A stretch of DNA of 64,000 nt from a bacterium (lineage in GTDB: Bacteria; UBA8248). Numbering within the stretch: position 1 is the first letter of the stretch; every line of letters starts with the position of its first letter. The DNA is taken from assembly GCA_965203325.1 (NCBI GenBank), contig OZ241875.1:2144001-2208000 (forward strand), given 5' to 3'. Under the pieces are notes generated by a model that was not told where the DNA came from, did not search any database, and saw only the letters and a list, made by a program, of their open reading frames with translations. The position numbers were made by a program, and so were the translations under genes. Below are positions 49,400 to 62,923 of this stretch, piece by piece.

Positions 49400-50671
49400 T
49401 CAATTATCCTCCCGTCTTCGCGCGCGAACCTGAAGAACGCGGGAACCGCTTGTCTCTACAACCGTGAATTCCACGTTCCCCAGTCGAACCCGTTCGTTCA
49501 GCGAGGGCACATGGCCCAGCAACGTGAAGACCGCACCGCCCAGCGTATTCGCCTCCTCGTAGTCGGGAAGCTCCCAGCCGCTCACCGCCGAGAATTCGGC
49601 CAGTGGAACACGGCCCTGGCACAGGTATGAATCCTCGCCTTCCTGCGCAATCCAGGTTTCCTCGGCCTCTTCGTGTTCATCCTTGATTTCGCCGAAAATC
49701 TCCTCGAGAAGATCCGTCATTGACACCAGGCCGAGGGTGCCGCCGAACTCGTCCTGAACGATGGCGACGTGGGTCCGCTCATGCCGGAACCGGCGGAACA
49801 GGCGGTCGAGCTTCATCCCGCCCGGAACCACGAGGGGGGGGCGCAGCATCTGTTTCGTCATACGCTCCTCGGGACCGAAGTTCTTCCGCCCCGCCTGGCG
49901 CAGGAAATCCTTGACATACAGGATGCCCACTATCTGGTCCCGGTCTTGCCCGAAAATCGGAATGCGCGAATGCGCCGCCGTTCGGACGCGCTCGATCACT
50001 TCGGCGATGGGCAGGTTCATCTCCCAACACTCCAGATCCGTGCGCGGCACCGTCACTTCCGAGACGGTTCTATCGTGAAAGCCGAACACGTTGTGAATGA
50101 GTTCTCGCTCGCCCTCTTCGAGTTCGCCCTCGGCGTGGCCCGCGTCCACGAGGTGGAGGAACTCGTCCTCCATGAGAATGCTTTGCGGATCGCGCGACGG
50201 CGCTCCCATCAAGGAGAGCACGCCGTTCGCCACCTGCAAGAAGACCCAGCGCAGCGGCGAGATGACGCGCGCGAAGCCGGATATGGGATACGCCAGGAAT
50301 CGCGAGAACCGTTCCGGATACCGGGCCGCCAGGGATTTGGGCGTGATCTCGCCGAATATCATCAAGAGCGGCGTCATGAACACGGGCGCGAGCCACCTCT
50401 GCTCAGGTTCCAGATATGCAACAACAACGCCGGTGAACAGCGCGGAGGAGGCGATGTTCACGATTTCGTTGCCCATCAATATGGAAGTAATCAGCCGCCT
50501 GGGCCTGTCCAGAAGGTCGGACACCCGCTCACCCATGCCGCCTTCCCGGCGCATGGCGCGTACCCTGGGGCGCGGAAGGGAAAATAGAGCCGTTTCGCTG
50601 GCCGAGAATCCGGCGGAACAGAGCATGAGAAAGACGAAGGCGACGAACCGGAAGAGCAGGTCGGCATCCAT
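49400..50671 (-). CDS. CNNM/CBS/CorC domain (hemolysin-family) protein
   Basis: FSASETA, GNEIVN, GEITPK, HSRIP, DEFGG and EEIFGEI.DE. Confidence 0.92.
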   Translation of the reverse strand: MDADLLFRFVAFVFLMLCSAGFSASETALFSLPRPRVRAMRREGGMGERVSDLLDRPRRLITSILMGNEIVNIASSALFTGVVVAYLEPEQRWLAPVFMTPLLMIFGEITPKSLAARYPERFSRFLAYPISGFARVISPLRWVFLQVANGVLSLMGAPSRDPQSILMEDEFLHLVDAGHAEGELEEGERELIHNVFGFHDRTVSEVTVPRTDLECWEMNLPIAEVIERVRTAAHSRIPIFGQDRDQIVGILYVKDFLRQAGRKNFGPEERMTKQMLRPPLVVPGGMKLDRLFRRFRHERTHVAIVQDEFGGTLGLVSMTDLLEEIFGEIKDEHEEAEETWIAQEGEDSYLCQGRVPLAEFSAVSGWELPDYEEANTLGGAVFTLLGHVPSLNERVRLGNVEFTVVETSGSRVLQVRARRREDN

Positions 50672-50747
50672 CAGTCCATGCCTCCCGGCTGACTATCATA
50701 AAGATGTTTTCGCCCCGGAGGTTCGGGGTCAGACGCAGGTTCTTCCG

Positions 50748-51629
50748 CTACCATGAGTCTGTCAATCTCCTCAGATAATTCCGAAACGCGGGACCGATGT
50801 CCTCGCGATCCAGAGCGAACTCGACCGTCGCTTCCAAAAATCCCAGCTTGTCGCCCGCGTCAAAGCGCTTTCCCTCATACTCATAAGCGTAAAGCCTGGT
50901 ATGCTCCAGCAGACCTTGCAACCCGTCGGTGAGCTGAATCTCTCCTTTCGCATCCGGCTTCATGCGCTCGAGGATCGGGAAAATCTCCGGCGGCAAAACG
51001 TAGCGCCCGATAATGGCGATGTCCGAGGGCGCATCTTCGGGCTTCGGCTTTTCCACCATCCCCTTGAGCGGCGTGACGCCGGGGGCGGGCGACGGTTCGC
51101 CGGAAGGATCGATGACGCCGTATTTGGAGAGCGCGTGCTTCTCAACCCGCAGCCCCGCGACCACGCCGCCGCCATGCGCATTGAACACGCGAACCAACTG
51201 GCCGATGGCGGGCTCTTCGCTCCTGATGATGTCATCGGGCAATATGACGGCGAAAGGCTCATCACCCACGGCCGGCTTGGCGCACAATATCGCATGACCC
51301 AAACCCAAAGGACGCTTTTGACGGATGGACGTAATACGCGCTTTTTGCGAGATTTCCTCCACCACGGCCAATGACCTCTCCTCGCCTCTGTCACGCAAAT
51401 AAGATTCCACCTCGAACGCGACATCAAAGTGGTCCACCATCGAAACCTTCCCGCGTCCGGTGATGAAGACGATCTCCTCGATGCCGGCGTCCAAGGCCTC
51501 CTGCACGCCGATCTGGATTTGTGGGATGTCCACGATGGGAAGCATCTCTTTCGGGATCACCTTGGTGGCGGGCAAAAACCGCGTGCCGAGCCCGGCCACA
51601 GGAAAGACCGCCTTGCGAACCCGGCTCAT
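50748..51629 (-). CDS. galU: UTP--glucose-1-phosphate uridylyltransferase
   Basis: AGLGTRFLPATK..PKEMLP, GLGHA, VEKP and GEIQLTD. Confidence 0.96.
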   Translation of the reverse strand: MSRVRKAVFPVAGLGTRFLPATKVIPKEMLPIVDIPQIQIGVQEALDAGIEEIVFITGRGKVSMVDHFDVAFEVESYLRDRGEERSLAVVEEISQKARITSIRQKRPLGLGHAILCAKPAVGDEPFAVILPDDIIRSEEPAIGQLVRVFNAHGGGVVAGLRVEKHALSKYGVIDPSGEPSPAPGVTPLKGMVEKPKPEDAPSDIAIIGRYVLPPEIFPILERMKPDAKGEIQLTDGLQGLLEHTRLYAYEYEGKRFDAGDKLGFLEATVEFALDREDIGPAFRNYLRRLTDSW

Positions 51630-51717
51630 GAGAAGGTTCCCATGAGAAAAAAGATGTGTCGCTGCGCGTGAATACGTGACATTTGCTTTGGATCATAAAA
51701 AAAGGCACAAGCCGAGG

Positions 51718-54808
<3,091 letters not shown>

Positions 54809-54810
54809 GA

Positions 54811-54846
54811 AGAAAAACTCCCCGACGGCGCGTGCCGACGGGGAGT
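54811..54846 (-). terminator. Intrinsic terminator after pal
   Basis: Minus strand ACTCCCCGtCGGC-acgc-GCCGtCGGGGAGT followed by TTTT. Confidence 0.7.
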
Positions 54847-54875
54847 CCTTTTCTTTGCGCAGGACTGTCGGGCGA

Positions 54876-55460
54876 CTAATTCATGCCCGCCGGAATGCCG
54901 CCGATGACGTTGAACTTCGCTCGCCGGTTCTTGGACCATCCCGCTTCATTGGAGCGCGAATCGGCCGGACGCTCTTCGCCATAGCTGACCGTATCGACCC
55001 GGGAAGACTTGACGCCGAGCGAGACGAGGTAATCCTTGGAACTCTGCGACCGCCTGTGCCCGAGCGCGATGTTGTACTCCACCGTGCCGCGCTCGTCGCA
55101 ATGTCCTTCGATCTGCACCCGAATGCTGGGAAACTCCTGCAGGAAGCGGGCCTTGGCGTCCATGATCGCGCGCATATCGGGGCGGACCTCGGATTTATCA
55201 AAATCAAAATACACCAGATCGTTTTCAAACTCGGCCAACGACCGCTTGAAAGCGGCGCGCTTGCGGCGACGCTCCGCCTCCATCATGTCTTCTTTCACCA
55301 CGGGCTTGGGAGGTTGCTTTTTTCTCACCATAGGAGCAGGCGGTTTGGGAGGCGGTAGTTCTTCCGTTTCCACGGTCTGTTTCACGCAACCCACTGCGAA
55401 CAGGAGCACCGCAACCATCAAGAAAGATTGAAAAGATTTAATACGGCCCGATAACAACAT
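54876..55460 (-). CDS. pal: Peptidoglycan-associated lipoprotein
   Basis: Lipobox AVGC, VYFDFD, IEGHCDERGT.EYN.ALG, VSYGEE and NRR. Confidence 0.96.
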   Translation of the reverse strand: MLLSGRIKSFQSFLMVAVLLFAVGCVKQTVETEELPPPKPPAPMVRKKQPPKPVVKEDMMEAERRRKRAAFKRSLAEFENDLVYFDFDKSEVRPDMRAIMDAKARFLQEFPSIRVQIEGHCDERGTVEYNIALGHRRSQSSKDYLVSLGVKSSRVDTVSYGEERPADSRSNEAGWSKNRRAKFNVIGGIPAGMN

Positions 55461-55577
55461 GCAGACATCCCCCTCGGAGTCTCTCGTTCGTATATGTTCA
55501 GAGTGAGAAGCGTGATTCTACACGGAGCGGAAACTCTTCCCCTCTTCATTCACCCATCCACAGGCATACGCAGGCGA

Positions 55578-55606
55578 AGTATAATGGGCGAATGCGCGAT
55601 GAGCAA
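55578..55606 (-). promoter_or_regulatory. Putative internal sigma70 promoter for pal
   Basis: TTGCTC-N17-TATACT in the tolB-pal intergenic region. Confidence 0.5.
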
Positions 55607-55652
55607 GTCTATTTCCTGCTTTTTCAAGAGTTATTTCCCGATTTTCAAGATT

Positions 55653-57014
55653 TCATTTCGATGTGGGCGACCAGGCTGGCTCCTGCCCAGGTTGAAGACG
55701 CTTGAGTTGCGTGCCTGCGGATGTCATCACGTATACATATTTCCGGCCGCTCCGATCGGAGGAGAAGGCGATGTGCCGTCCATCGGGGGACCAGGTGGGT
55801 GATTCGTTGCGGCCCTGGCTGCCCGTTAGGCGGCGCACGTCCCTGCCGTCCGGGGTCATGGTGATGATGTCGATTTCCTTGCCCCGCTTGATGCGGCTCG
55901 TCAGGGCGATTCTGTCCCCCCGGGGACTCCACTCGGGTTCGGTATTGTATTTTCTCGTGTATTTTCCTTTGTACGTGATGCGCTTAGGGCCCGAGCCGTC
56001 CACGTTCATGACGTAAATGTGGGGATTTCCCGACCGGCTCGACGTAAAGGCGATTCTTTTGCCGTCCGGCGAGAACGTGGGAGACACGTCGATGCCGAAG
56101 CTCCGCGTGAGTCTCCTCTTCACGCGGGTGCGCAAATCGTAGCGGAATATCTCATAGTTTCGCCCCACGAGTTCGGCAAAGGCGAAATAGCGTGAATTTG
56201 GAGAAAAGGCGCCTCCGATGGCTTGCGCGCGGGAAGAACTCACCTTGAACTCGCGCGCGCCGTTCGTGGGCAGCAGAAACACGCCGGGCGGCCTGGATTT
56301 GAACGAAGAATACGCCATCCATCTTCCGTCCGGAGACCACGCGGGCGTGTTGTTCCCCATACCGTTGCGCGTCACGCGCCTGAGTTCGGCGCCGTCCCAG
56401 TCCATGATGTAAATCTCTCCGCGCTCTTTGAGCGAACGCCGCGAGACGAATGCGATTTGTGTGTCGAACACTCCCTTCTCGCCCGTGAAGTGCTCGACCA
56501 CCGCGTTGGCGAACCGGTGGGCCAGCAAGCGCCACCCGCTCTTCGGGTAGCGGTACCGCTTGCCCAACTCCTGGGCGGCGCTTTGCGTATCGTACAGATA
56601 GACCTCCGCGGTGATGGTCTTTCCCGAAATGGTGTAGCCGCCCTTGATGAGGGCATCCACCTTGATGACCTTGCTCCAGTCGGAGAAGCGCTGCTCGTCC
56701 CTTCGAATCCCCGCGCGCATGGGGTTTTCCAGATAGCCTTTGCGGTTGGGGATAAAGAACAGGCCGCTGCGCTCGAGATCGGATTCGATGACTTGCGCTA
56801 TCTTAAGACCCAGCGGGTCGCGCCCGGTCTCGAGGGGACGAAACTCGGGGATAGCCAATCGAATTTTTCTGGCCGTGGGGGAATAGATGTCGATGAACTC
56901 GCGCGCGGCTTCCGCAGCTTGAGGCCATGAGAAAACCATGACGATGAGAAAAACCGCCCAATGAAGCATGGGGCCTTCACGCCTGTTCAATCTGGTTTGA
57001 ATTTTTTCTCGCAT
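55653..57014 (-). CDS. tolB: Tol-Pal beta-propeller protein TolB
   Basis: DLERSG.F, AHRFAN.V....TG..GVF.TQIAFVS and repeated P.WSPDG. TGATG coupling with tolA. Confidence 0.93.
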   Translation of the reverse strand: MREKIQTRLNRREGPMLHWAVFLIVMVFSWPQAAEAAREFIDIYSPTARKIRLAIPEFRPLETGRDPLGLKIAQVIESDLERSGLFFIPNRKGYLENPMRAGIRRDEQRFSDWSKVIKVDALIKGGYTISGKTITAEVYLYDTQSAAQELGKRYRYPKSGWRLLAHRFANAVVEHFTGEKGVFDTQIAFVSRRSLKERGEIYIMDWDGAELRRVTRNGMGNNTPAWSPDGRWMAYSSFKSRPPGVFLLPTNGAREFKVSSSRAQAIGGAFSPNSRYFAFAELVGRNYEIFRYDLRTRVKRRLTRSFGIDVSPTFSPDGKRIAFTSSRSGNPHIYVMNVDGSGPKRITYKGKYTRKYNTEPEWSPRGDRIALTSRIKRGKEIDIITMTPDGRDVRRLTGSQGRNESPTWSPDGRHIAFSSDRSGRKYVYVMTSAGTQLKRLQPGQEPAWSPTSK

Positions 57015-58078
57015 CAACGGCAAAAATCCTCTCCGCAGAATCGAAAGCCAAGCAAAAGCCATTTTTCCTTGATCGTATCGGGCGGCTTGGGCAAAGAGGG
57101 TTCGGCGGCCCGCTGCACGGCGCGCAGCGCCGCCTGATCGTAAATGTGGTTCCCGCTGTAGCGCACGACCCGCAAATTGCGATAATTCCCTTGCCTGTCT
57201 ACGTCAATCGTGACGTCGGTCTTGAGTCGGCCCAAATCCGAAATGCCGGGCGGCACCGTCCAGAGACCCCGAATGCGCTCCGCCAGAAGCCCATAGTATC
57301 TCTCCTTTTCGGTTCGCGCGACGCCGCCGCTGCCGCCCGCGCGGCTGCCGCCGCCCTGGCCGTCGCCTCCCCCCTCGCCGGCGTATCCCTTACGAGGCGC
57401 CCGGCGCTTGGGCGCGCGGTCCGCCTTCGCCTGGCGATCATCGCTCAGCCAATCATCGCGGGGACGCTTTTTCTTTTTAGCCGGTTTGTCCTTTTCGTTT
57501 TTCTTGAAACGCGAACGCCAGCGCCTGGCGCGTTCCCTCCGATCGCGTATCCGCTTGAGGCGCGCCTCGCGAACGGGGTCGCGCTTTTTCTTTTTCCGAA
57601 CGACCTTTTTGTTATTCTTTTCTTTCCCGGTACTGATTCGCCGAACATTCTTGGCGGGTTTCTTTTTCTTCTTGACGACCTTCTTTTTCTTCACCTTGGC
57701 GGGCACGGTTTTTTTCTTCGGCGCCGCTATCTTCCTCGTCCCCTCGTCCGGTCCTTTTCGAGGGATGGGCGCTTCGATGTCTTCGAGCCGATCGCCGGAT
57801 TTTCCCCGCGCCGAACCACCCGGGATTTCATCCGCCCCCACCAGGCTGACGGCCGTTCCGCTTCCGAAAAACCGGTATTTCGGCTGAGAGGGCGCCAGGC
57901 TCACCCAAACGAAGAGCGAGGCGTGCAAAACAACGGAAGCCGCCAGCGCCCTGAGAAACCGGCGGTCGCGGAACAACCCGCCCTGCTTGCCGTTTGCGCC
58001 CCGAAGGCTCGCACCCGAGCGGGGTGAGCGTCCGCCGGAGGAACTGGTATCTTGCGGGAATTTCGGTTTTTTATTCAT
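57014..58078 (-). CDS. tolA: TolA/TonB C-terminal domain protein
   Basis: TM with SxxLH, Lys/Arg-rich linker and C-terminal YY...I...W..P...SGN..YD.AA.RAV. Position between tolR and tolB. Confidence 0.8.
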   Translation of the reverse strand: MNKKPKFPQDTSSSGGRSPRSGASLRGANGKQGGLFRDRRFLRALAASVVLHASLFVWVSLAPSQPKYRFFGSGTAVSLVGADEIPGGSARGKSGDRLEDIEAPIPRKGPDEGTRKIAAPKKKTVPAKVKKKKVVKKKKKPAKNVRRISTGKEKNNKKVVRKKKKRDPVREARLKRIRDRRERARRWRSRFKKNEKDKPAKKKKRPRDDWLSDDRQAKADRAPKRRAPRKGYAGEGGGDGQGGGSRAGGSGGVARTEKERYYGLLAERIRGLWTVPPGISDLGRLKTDVTIDVDRQGNYRNLRVVRYSGNHIYDQAALRAVQRAAEPSLPKPPDTIKEKWLLLGFRFCGEDFCR

Positions 58079-58093
58079 GGGGCCACCGACTTC

Positions 58094-58534
58094 TCAGCGT
58101 CTGCGCCGCCCGCCCCGAGCGGACTCCAGGGGATCGGTCACCATGTTGAGGCGGTTGATGCCCGCCGCGCGAATGATGGCCATGACCTCGACCACCTCCC
58201 CGTAAGGAACCGCGCGATCCGCCCTGAGAAAGATTTCCTTGCGCCTCCTGTCTTTGAAGAGCACCGTGAGCTTCTCCTTCAACTCGGCGGCGACCAGCGG
58301 GTTATCATTTATATACATGTCGCGTTTTTTGTCCAACGTGATGACGACGGCATCCTCGGCCACGTTCGCCTTCGCCGCCTGCACCTGCGGCAAATCCACG
58401 TTCACGGCCTGGTTCTGCGTTTCGAGCAGAGGCGCCGTGACCATAAAAATCACCAACAACACCAGCATCACGTCCACGAGCGGCGTGACGTTGATGTCCG
58501 AGATGCTCGAACCACGGTTCAGTTTAACGGCCAC
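58094..58534 (-). CDS. tolR: TolR/ExbD
   Basis: INVTPLVDVMLVLLVIFMVTAP and RAD..VPYG.V. Confidence 0.93.
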   Translation of the reverse strand: MAVKLNRGSSISDINVTPLVDVMLVLLVIFMVTAPLLETQNQAVNVDLPQVQAAKANVAEDAVVITLDKKRDMYINDNPLVAAELKEKLTVLFKDRRRKEIFLRADRAVPYGEVVEVMAIIRAAGINRLNMVTDPLESARGGRRRR

Positions 58535-58549
58535 GGGAAGCTCCGCTCG

Positions 58550-59311
58550 TCATAAACGCATGAAATGGCGGTCGACCAGATTGAGGAAATCCGCCGTAAA
58601 GTTTTCGATTTCATCCGCGATCACCTTCACGCGGCCCTGGTAGTGATTATAGGCGATCACGGCGGGAATGGCCGCCAGCAGCCCGAGCGCCGTGGCGATG
58701 AGCGCCTCGCTGATGCCCGGCGCAACGACGGCGAGCCCGGCGGAACCCCGGGCGCCGATTTCGCGAAACGAATTCATGATGCCCCACACCGTGCCGAAGA
58801 GCCCGATGAACGGTGTGGCGCTCGCCGTGGTGGCCAGAAAGGTCAGCATGCGCTCGAGCCTGCTCACCTGCTCGTTCGCCGCGCGCCTCAGCGCGCGCTC
58901 GACGCTCTCGACCCCCGTCATTTCCGAGGTGAGAACGCTCGAATCTTCCTCCCCTTCGCGAGAGCGCGTCTTCAGCACCTGTTCGGCTTCCTGATAGCCC
59001 GCGGCGAACACCTCGCCCACCGGACTGCCCTCGTGCTCGGCAAGCTCCGCATACAGCCTGTCGAGTCGCTTGGAGCGCCAGAACGCATCGACGAACATCG
59101 CCGAGCGCCGCCGCGCTCCTCTAAGCTCCCAAAATTTCCAGATGATGATGGCCCACGAAGAGAGCGAGAAAAACACGAGCACCAGCAAAACGAAAAACAC
59201 CATGCCGCCCGATTGGGTGGCGAGGGTGATGACGTCCATTTCCTCTTGAAGCGGTGCAAGTGGCGCGGAATCGCCCGTCGGCAACGCGGCCGCGGCCAAA
59301 AAAGGGGGCAA
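58550..59311 (-). CDS. tolQ: TolQ/ExbB
   Basis: LATTAS.TPFIGLFGTVWGIM and VAPGISEALIATALGL.AAIPA. Start uncertain (TTG 59311 after AAGGAG, or ATG 59239). Confidence 0.93.
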   Translation of the reverse strand: MPPFLAAAALPTGDSAPLAPLQEEMDVITLATQSGGMVFFVLLVLVFFSLSSWAIIIWKFWELRGARRRSAMFVDAFWRSKRLDRLYAELAEHEGSPVGEVFAAGYQEAEQVLKTRSREGEEDSSVLTSEMTGVESVERALRRAANEQVSRLERMLTFLATTASATPFIGLFGTVWGIMNSFREIGARGSAGLAVVAPGISEALIATALGLLAAIPAVIAYNHYQGRVKVIADEIENFTADFLNLVDRHFMRL

Positions 59312-59339
59312 GTCTGTTCTCCTTCCGGGCGGAGCATGC

Positions 59340-59422
59340 AGTATCGCCCCTTTCACCGGTACGCGTCAATGCAAAGAAGTCGATGCAAATCGTTGACATC
59401 TCCTTGAAAGGCTGGTGATAAT
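59340..59422. promoter_or_regulatory. Divergent sigma70-like promoters (tol operon / M20-slt-anmK)
   Basis: Minus strand TTGACG-N18-GATACT (59369-59340). Plus strand TTGACA-N18-GATAAT (59393-59422). Confidence 0.5.
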
Positions 59423-59456
59423 GAGCCTCCCGCCCGCCCCTGGAGGCGTAGCCTGA

Positions 59457-60641
59457 GTGGATATTCACGAGGCAAAAACCGCCATTTCGAAGCTGATCGA
59501 CGATGAGGCGGATGCGCTGTGGGCGCTTTCTCTCGCGATTCACGCAGACCCTGAACTCAGCCTCGAAGAACACCGCGCGGCCGAGCGGCTTTGCGCCTAT
59601 CTCGAGGAAAACGGATTCGCCCTCACGCGCGGCGTGGCGAACCTCCCCACCGCGTTTCGCGCCGACAGGCCCGCCGCGGATGAGAAGAAACCCTCCGTTT
59701 CGTTTCTCTCGGAATACGACGCGCTGCCCGGCCTCGGGCATGCCTGCGCGCACAACGTCATCGGGGTCGCCAGCGCTGCCGCCGGCGTGGCGCTCAGAAA
59801 AGCGCTCGGCCCCGAATACGGAGGCGTCACCGTTTTCGGCACGCCCGGAGAGGAAGGCGGCGGCGGCAAGGTGCTGATGGCGCAGGTCGGCATGTTCCGG
59901 GATGTGGACGCCGCCATGATGATCCACCCATCGGACAAGACCAGGGCCGATGTCGATTTTCTCGCGCTCTCAGAGCTTCGCTTTCACTTCAGGGGACGCA
60001 CCGCCCACGCCTCCGCAGCACCCGACCTGGGCGTCAACGCGCTCGACGCCGTCATCGCCACGTTTGGCGCCGTCTCCTTGCTCCGCCAGCAACTGCCCAG
60101 CGGCGACCGCGTGCACGGCGTAATCACCGAGGGCGGGGAGGCGCCCAACATCATCCCCGACAAAGCCTCCGCGTGGTTTTTCGTGAGGAGCAAAACGATG
60201 GAGGGACTCGATGCTCTGGCGCCGCGGGTCATCGCCTGCGCGGAAGGCGCCGCCCTGGCCACGGGAACGGAACTCGAGACGGAGAAAAACCCCATCATCT
60301 ACGCCCCCATGCGGGTCAACCCGCCTCTGGCGTCGTTGTTCCTGAACAACCTGAATCTTCTCGGCGTTGTCGAGCCCGACTCCCCGCCGCCCCTGCGGAT
60401 GGGATCCTCCGACGTGGGGAACGTCAGCCAGCAGACGCCCACCATTCATCCGCAAATCCAGATGGTCCCATCGGGCGTTTCCGCGCACACGCCGGAGTTC
60501 GCCGAAGCATCCGGCGGAGCGGAGGGCAGGCGCGTCATGCTCACAGGCGCCAAGGCGCTGGCGATGACGGGGGTGGACTTTCTTCTCGACGAAGGGGCGC
60601 GCCGGGCCGTTCAGGCCGAATTCGCGCGCCGGGGGGAGTAA
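59457..60641 (+). CDS. M20 family amidohydrolase (ACY1L2/AbgB-like)
   Basis: HADPEL, EYDALP..GHACAHN, TPGEEGGGGK, HP, GSSDVGNVS and AHT. Confidence 0.92.
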   Translation: MDIHEAKTAISKLIDDEADALWALSLAIHADPELSLEEHRAAERLCAYLEENGFALTRGVANLPTAFRADRPAADEKKPSVSFLSEYDALPGLGHACAHNVIGVASAAAGVALRKALGPEYGGVTVFGTPGEEGGGGKVLMAQVGMFRDVDAAMMIHPSDKTRADVDFLALSELRFHFRGRTAHASAAPDLGVNALDAVIATFGAVSLLRQQLPSGDRVHGVITEGGEAPNIIPDKASAWFFVRSKTMEGLDALAPRVIACAEGAALATGTELETEKNPIIYAPMRVNPPLASLFLNNLNLLGVVEPDSPPPLRMGSSDVGNVSQQTPTIHPQIQMVPSGVSAHTPEFAEASGGAEGRRVMLTGAKALAMTGVDFLLDEGARRAVQAEFARRGE

Positions 60642-60664
60642 AAATCAAAAAACTGAAAATCGAC

Positions 60665-62923
60665 ATGAAGCCACGAGCCTGCATTATCGCCACTATCGGC
60701 ATCCTTCTATTTTCGACTAGCGCATGGCCCGCACCGAAAACGCCGCCACTATCCACGAGCAAGCCGAGCACCGCGCCCGCAACAAAACCATCGCTCGAAA
60801 AAAAAGCCGTTCGCCCGCCTCTGCCCACCCGAATCGAAAATCTCCTGGCCAAGGAGCGATACAAGGAACTCATCCGCACCCTGCGCCGGGAAAAAACGGA
60901 CCTGGCCGGCAGGCGTTCTTTTTTGCTGGGCCACGCCCATTTGAAACTCAAGCAGTATCGTCCGGCAATCAAATCTTTACAGAAATCGCTCGATCAGATT
61001 CCCGCGCTCGAGAACTACGCGCTCTTGTTTCTGGCGAAAGCCGCGCTCGGCGCCAAGGATAACGCCATCGCCCGGCGCGCGCTCGAAAGACTGATCAAAA
61101 AAGGGAAAAAAGCGCCCGAGCCTCCTTTCGTCTACAAGGCGCTCGTCGACATACACCTCGAGGAAAAGCGTCCCCTGCGCGCAGCCAAGGTCGCCAAGCG
61201 CTACCTTCTCCTGTTCCCGAAAAGCCTGGAGGCGCCCGATCTTCTGCTCAGGCGCGCCAAAGCGCTCCGCGCCGCGCGGCGAAACCGCGAAGCCGCGCTC
61301 GCTTTTCGCAAATTGTGGCGTCGGCATCCCGAACACCCCGCCGCGCGCCGGGCGCTGCGACGCTCGACGCGAATCGGCGCCGCCCTCTCCCCGCCGCTCA
61401 AAAAACCGGGGCCCAGGGCCCACTACGAACGCGCCCGGCTCCTCAGGAAACGCTATCGCTTCGAAAAGGCATTGAAAGGGTTCGGGGACTTGAAGCGCCT
61501 GTTCCCGAAATTCTATCAACACACCAGCTCCCACAAGGGCGTCGTGTTCAACGAAGCGCTCACCCTTTTCTCCCTGCGCAAAACGAAACGGGCGGACCCC
61601 GCCCTCAGGCACGCCATCAGACATTACGCCGCAGGCAGCGCCAAGCGCGCGGAGGCGCGGTATTATCTGGCCAGAAACCACCTGCGCAAGAGAAATCAAC
61701 CCGCCTTCGAAAAACAGGCGCATCGCCTGCTCACCGAGACGCGAAAAGGGAAATGGGCGGCGAAGACGCGCTACCTCCTCGCCCGCGTATATGAGGACGA
61801 CCGCAATTTCAAAAAGTCCGCGCGCTATTACAAGGATGTGATCTCCAAACACCCGCGCTCACCTCTGGCGCCCAAGGCGCTGTTCCAACTCGCCTGGCTC
61901 CGCTTCCAGTCCGAAGACTACCGGGGGGCGCAGAAGGGATTCTCCAGGATGAGAGCCGCTTACCCCGGACACTGGCTTGTCTCATCCGCCACTTACTGGG
62001 CCGCCGCTTCGGCGGAAAAAACGGGGGACCGAAAAAGCGCTCTCGCCCATTACCGCGCCTGCGCCCGGGATCACCGCCACCGCTATTACGGACAACTCGC
62101 CCTGCGGGCCATCAGCCGTCTCGCGCGCGGGGGAGAATCCGGCGCGCCGAAGCCGCCCCCTCTGAGAAAGACCGGCTTCCGCAAATGGCTGCGGCCACCG
62201 CCCAAAAGCGCTCCGGTTCGCGAGGCGGCCGCGCTGCTCTCCTCCATGGGTTTTCACGAACTCGCCGCCAAGGAGTACCGCCGCCTCGGCTCATCGCCAT
62301 ATTCGCGCTACCAGGCGGCGCGCGCCTTCACGGCGGCGGGCCAGAGTCACCGCGCCATATACCTGATCAACGAATCCTTCTGGGATGCGGTGCGCGCGGG
62401 TGGCAGCGACCTGCCGAGGGAATTCTGGGAAACCGTATATCCGCTCGTCGTCAAACGCAGAGAACCCGGAGGAGCGAACCCCTACCTGGTGAACGCCGTC
62501 ATCCGGGCGGAGAGCGCCTTCGACACCCGCGCCATCTCCCCCGCCGGCGCCCGGGGGCTGATGCAGCTCATGCCCGCGACCGGGCGCAGGCTCGCGAGGA
62601 AGCACAAAGTCCGCATCAAGTCCGTGAGCGACCTGTTCGACCCCGAGATCAACACCCGCCTGGGCGCGAGGCACCTGGGCGAACTCATTCGCGAGTTCGG
62701 CGGCGCGCTCGTTCCCGCGATAGCGAGCTACAACGCGGGGCGCAGACCCGTCAAAAGCTGGTGGGCGGCCGGACGCAACAAGCCGATCGAAATTTTCATC
62801 GAGGAAATTCCCTACCAGGAAACGAAAAACTACGTCAAAAGGGTGTTGGGCTATTACCACGAGTATAAAAGGATCTACGGGGAGACGAAGCGCTCGAAAC
62901 AGGGGGGAACGCCCCCCTCATGA
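60665..62923 (+). CDS. TPR-containing soluble lytic transglycosylase (Slt-like)
   Basis: Signal peptide, TPR repeats, IRAESAF, GARGLMQLMP.T, SYNAG and IPYQET.NYV. Confidence 0.92.
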   Translation: MKPRACIIATIGILLFSTSAWPAPKTPPLSTSKPSTAPATKPSLEKKAVRPPLPTRIENLLAKERYKELIRTLRREKTDLAGRRSFLLGHAHLKLKQYRPAIKSLQKSLDQIPALENYALLFLAKAALGAKDNAIARRALERLIKKGKKAPEPPFVYKALVDIHLEEKRPLRAAKVAKRYLLLFPKSLEAPDLLLRRAKALRAARRNREAALAFRKLWRRHPEHPAARRALRRSTRIGAALSPPLKKPGPRAHYERARLLRKRYRFEKALKGFGDLKRLFPKFYQHTSSHKGVVFNEALTLFSLRKTKRADPALRHAIRHYAAGSAKRAEARYYLARNHLRKRNQPAFEKQAHRLLTETRKGKWAAKTRYLLARVYEDDRNFKKSARYYKDVISKHPRSPLAPKALFQLAWLRFQSEDYRGAQKGFSRMRAAYPGHWLVSSATYWAAASAEKTGDRKSALAHYRACARDHRHRYYGQLALRAISRLARGGESGAPKPPPLRKTGFRKWLRPPPKSAPVREAAALLSSMGFHELAAKEYRRLGSSPYSRYQAARAFTAAGQSHRAIYLINESFWDAVRAGGSDLPREFWETVYPLVVKRREPGGANPYLVNAVIRAESAFDTRAISPAGARGLMQLMPATGRRLARKHKVRIKSVSDLFDPEINTRLGARHLGELIREFGGALVPAIASYNAGRRPVKSWWAAGRNKPIEIFIEEIPYQETKNYVKRVLGYYHEYKRIYGETKRSKQGGTPPS

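Noticed and set aside
48148..50671. Tandem 'hemolysin' genes as a toxin locus
   Set aside because: The CNNM/CBS/CorC architecture indicates metal (Mg) homeostasis proteins, and tandem pairs are common.
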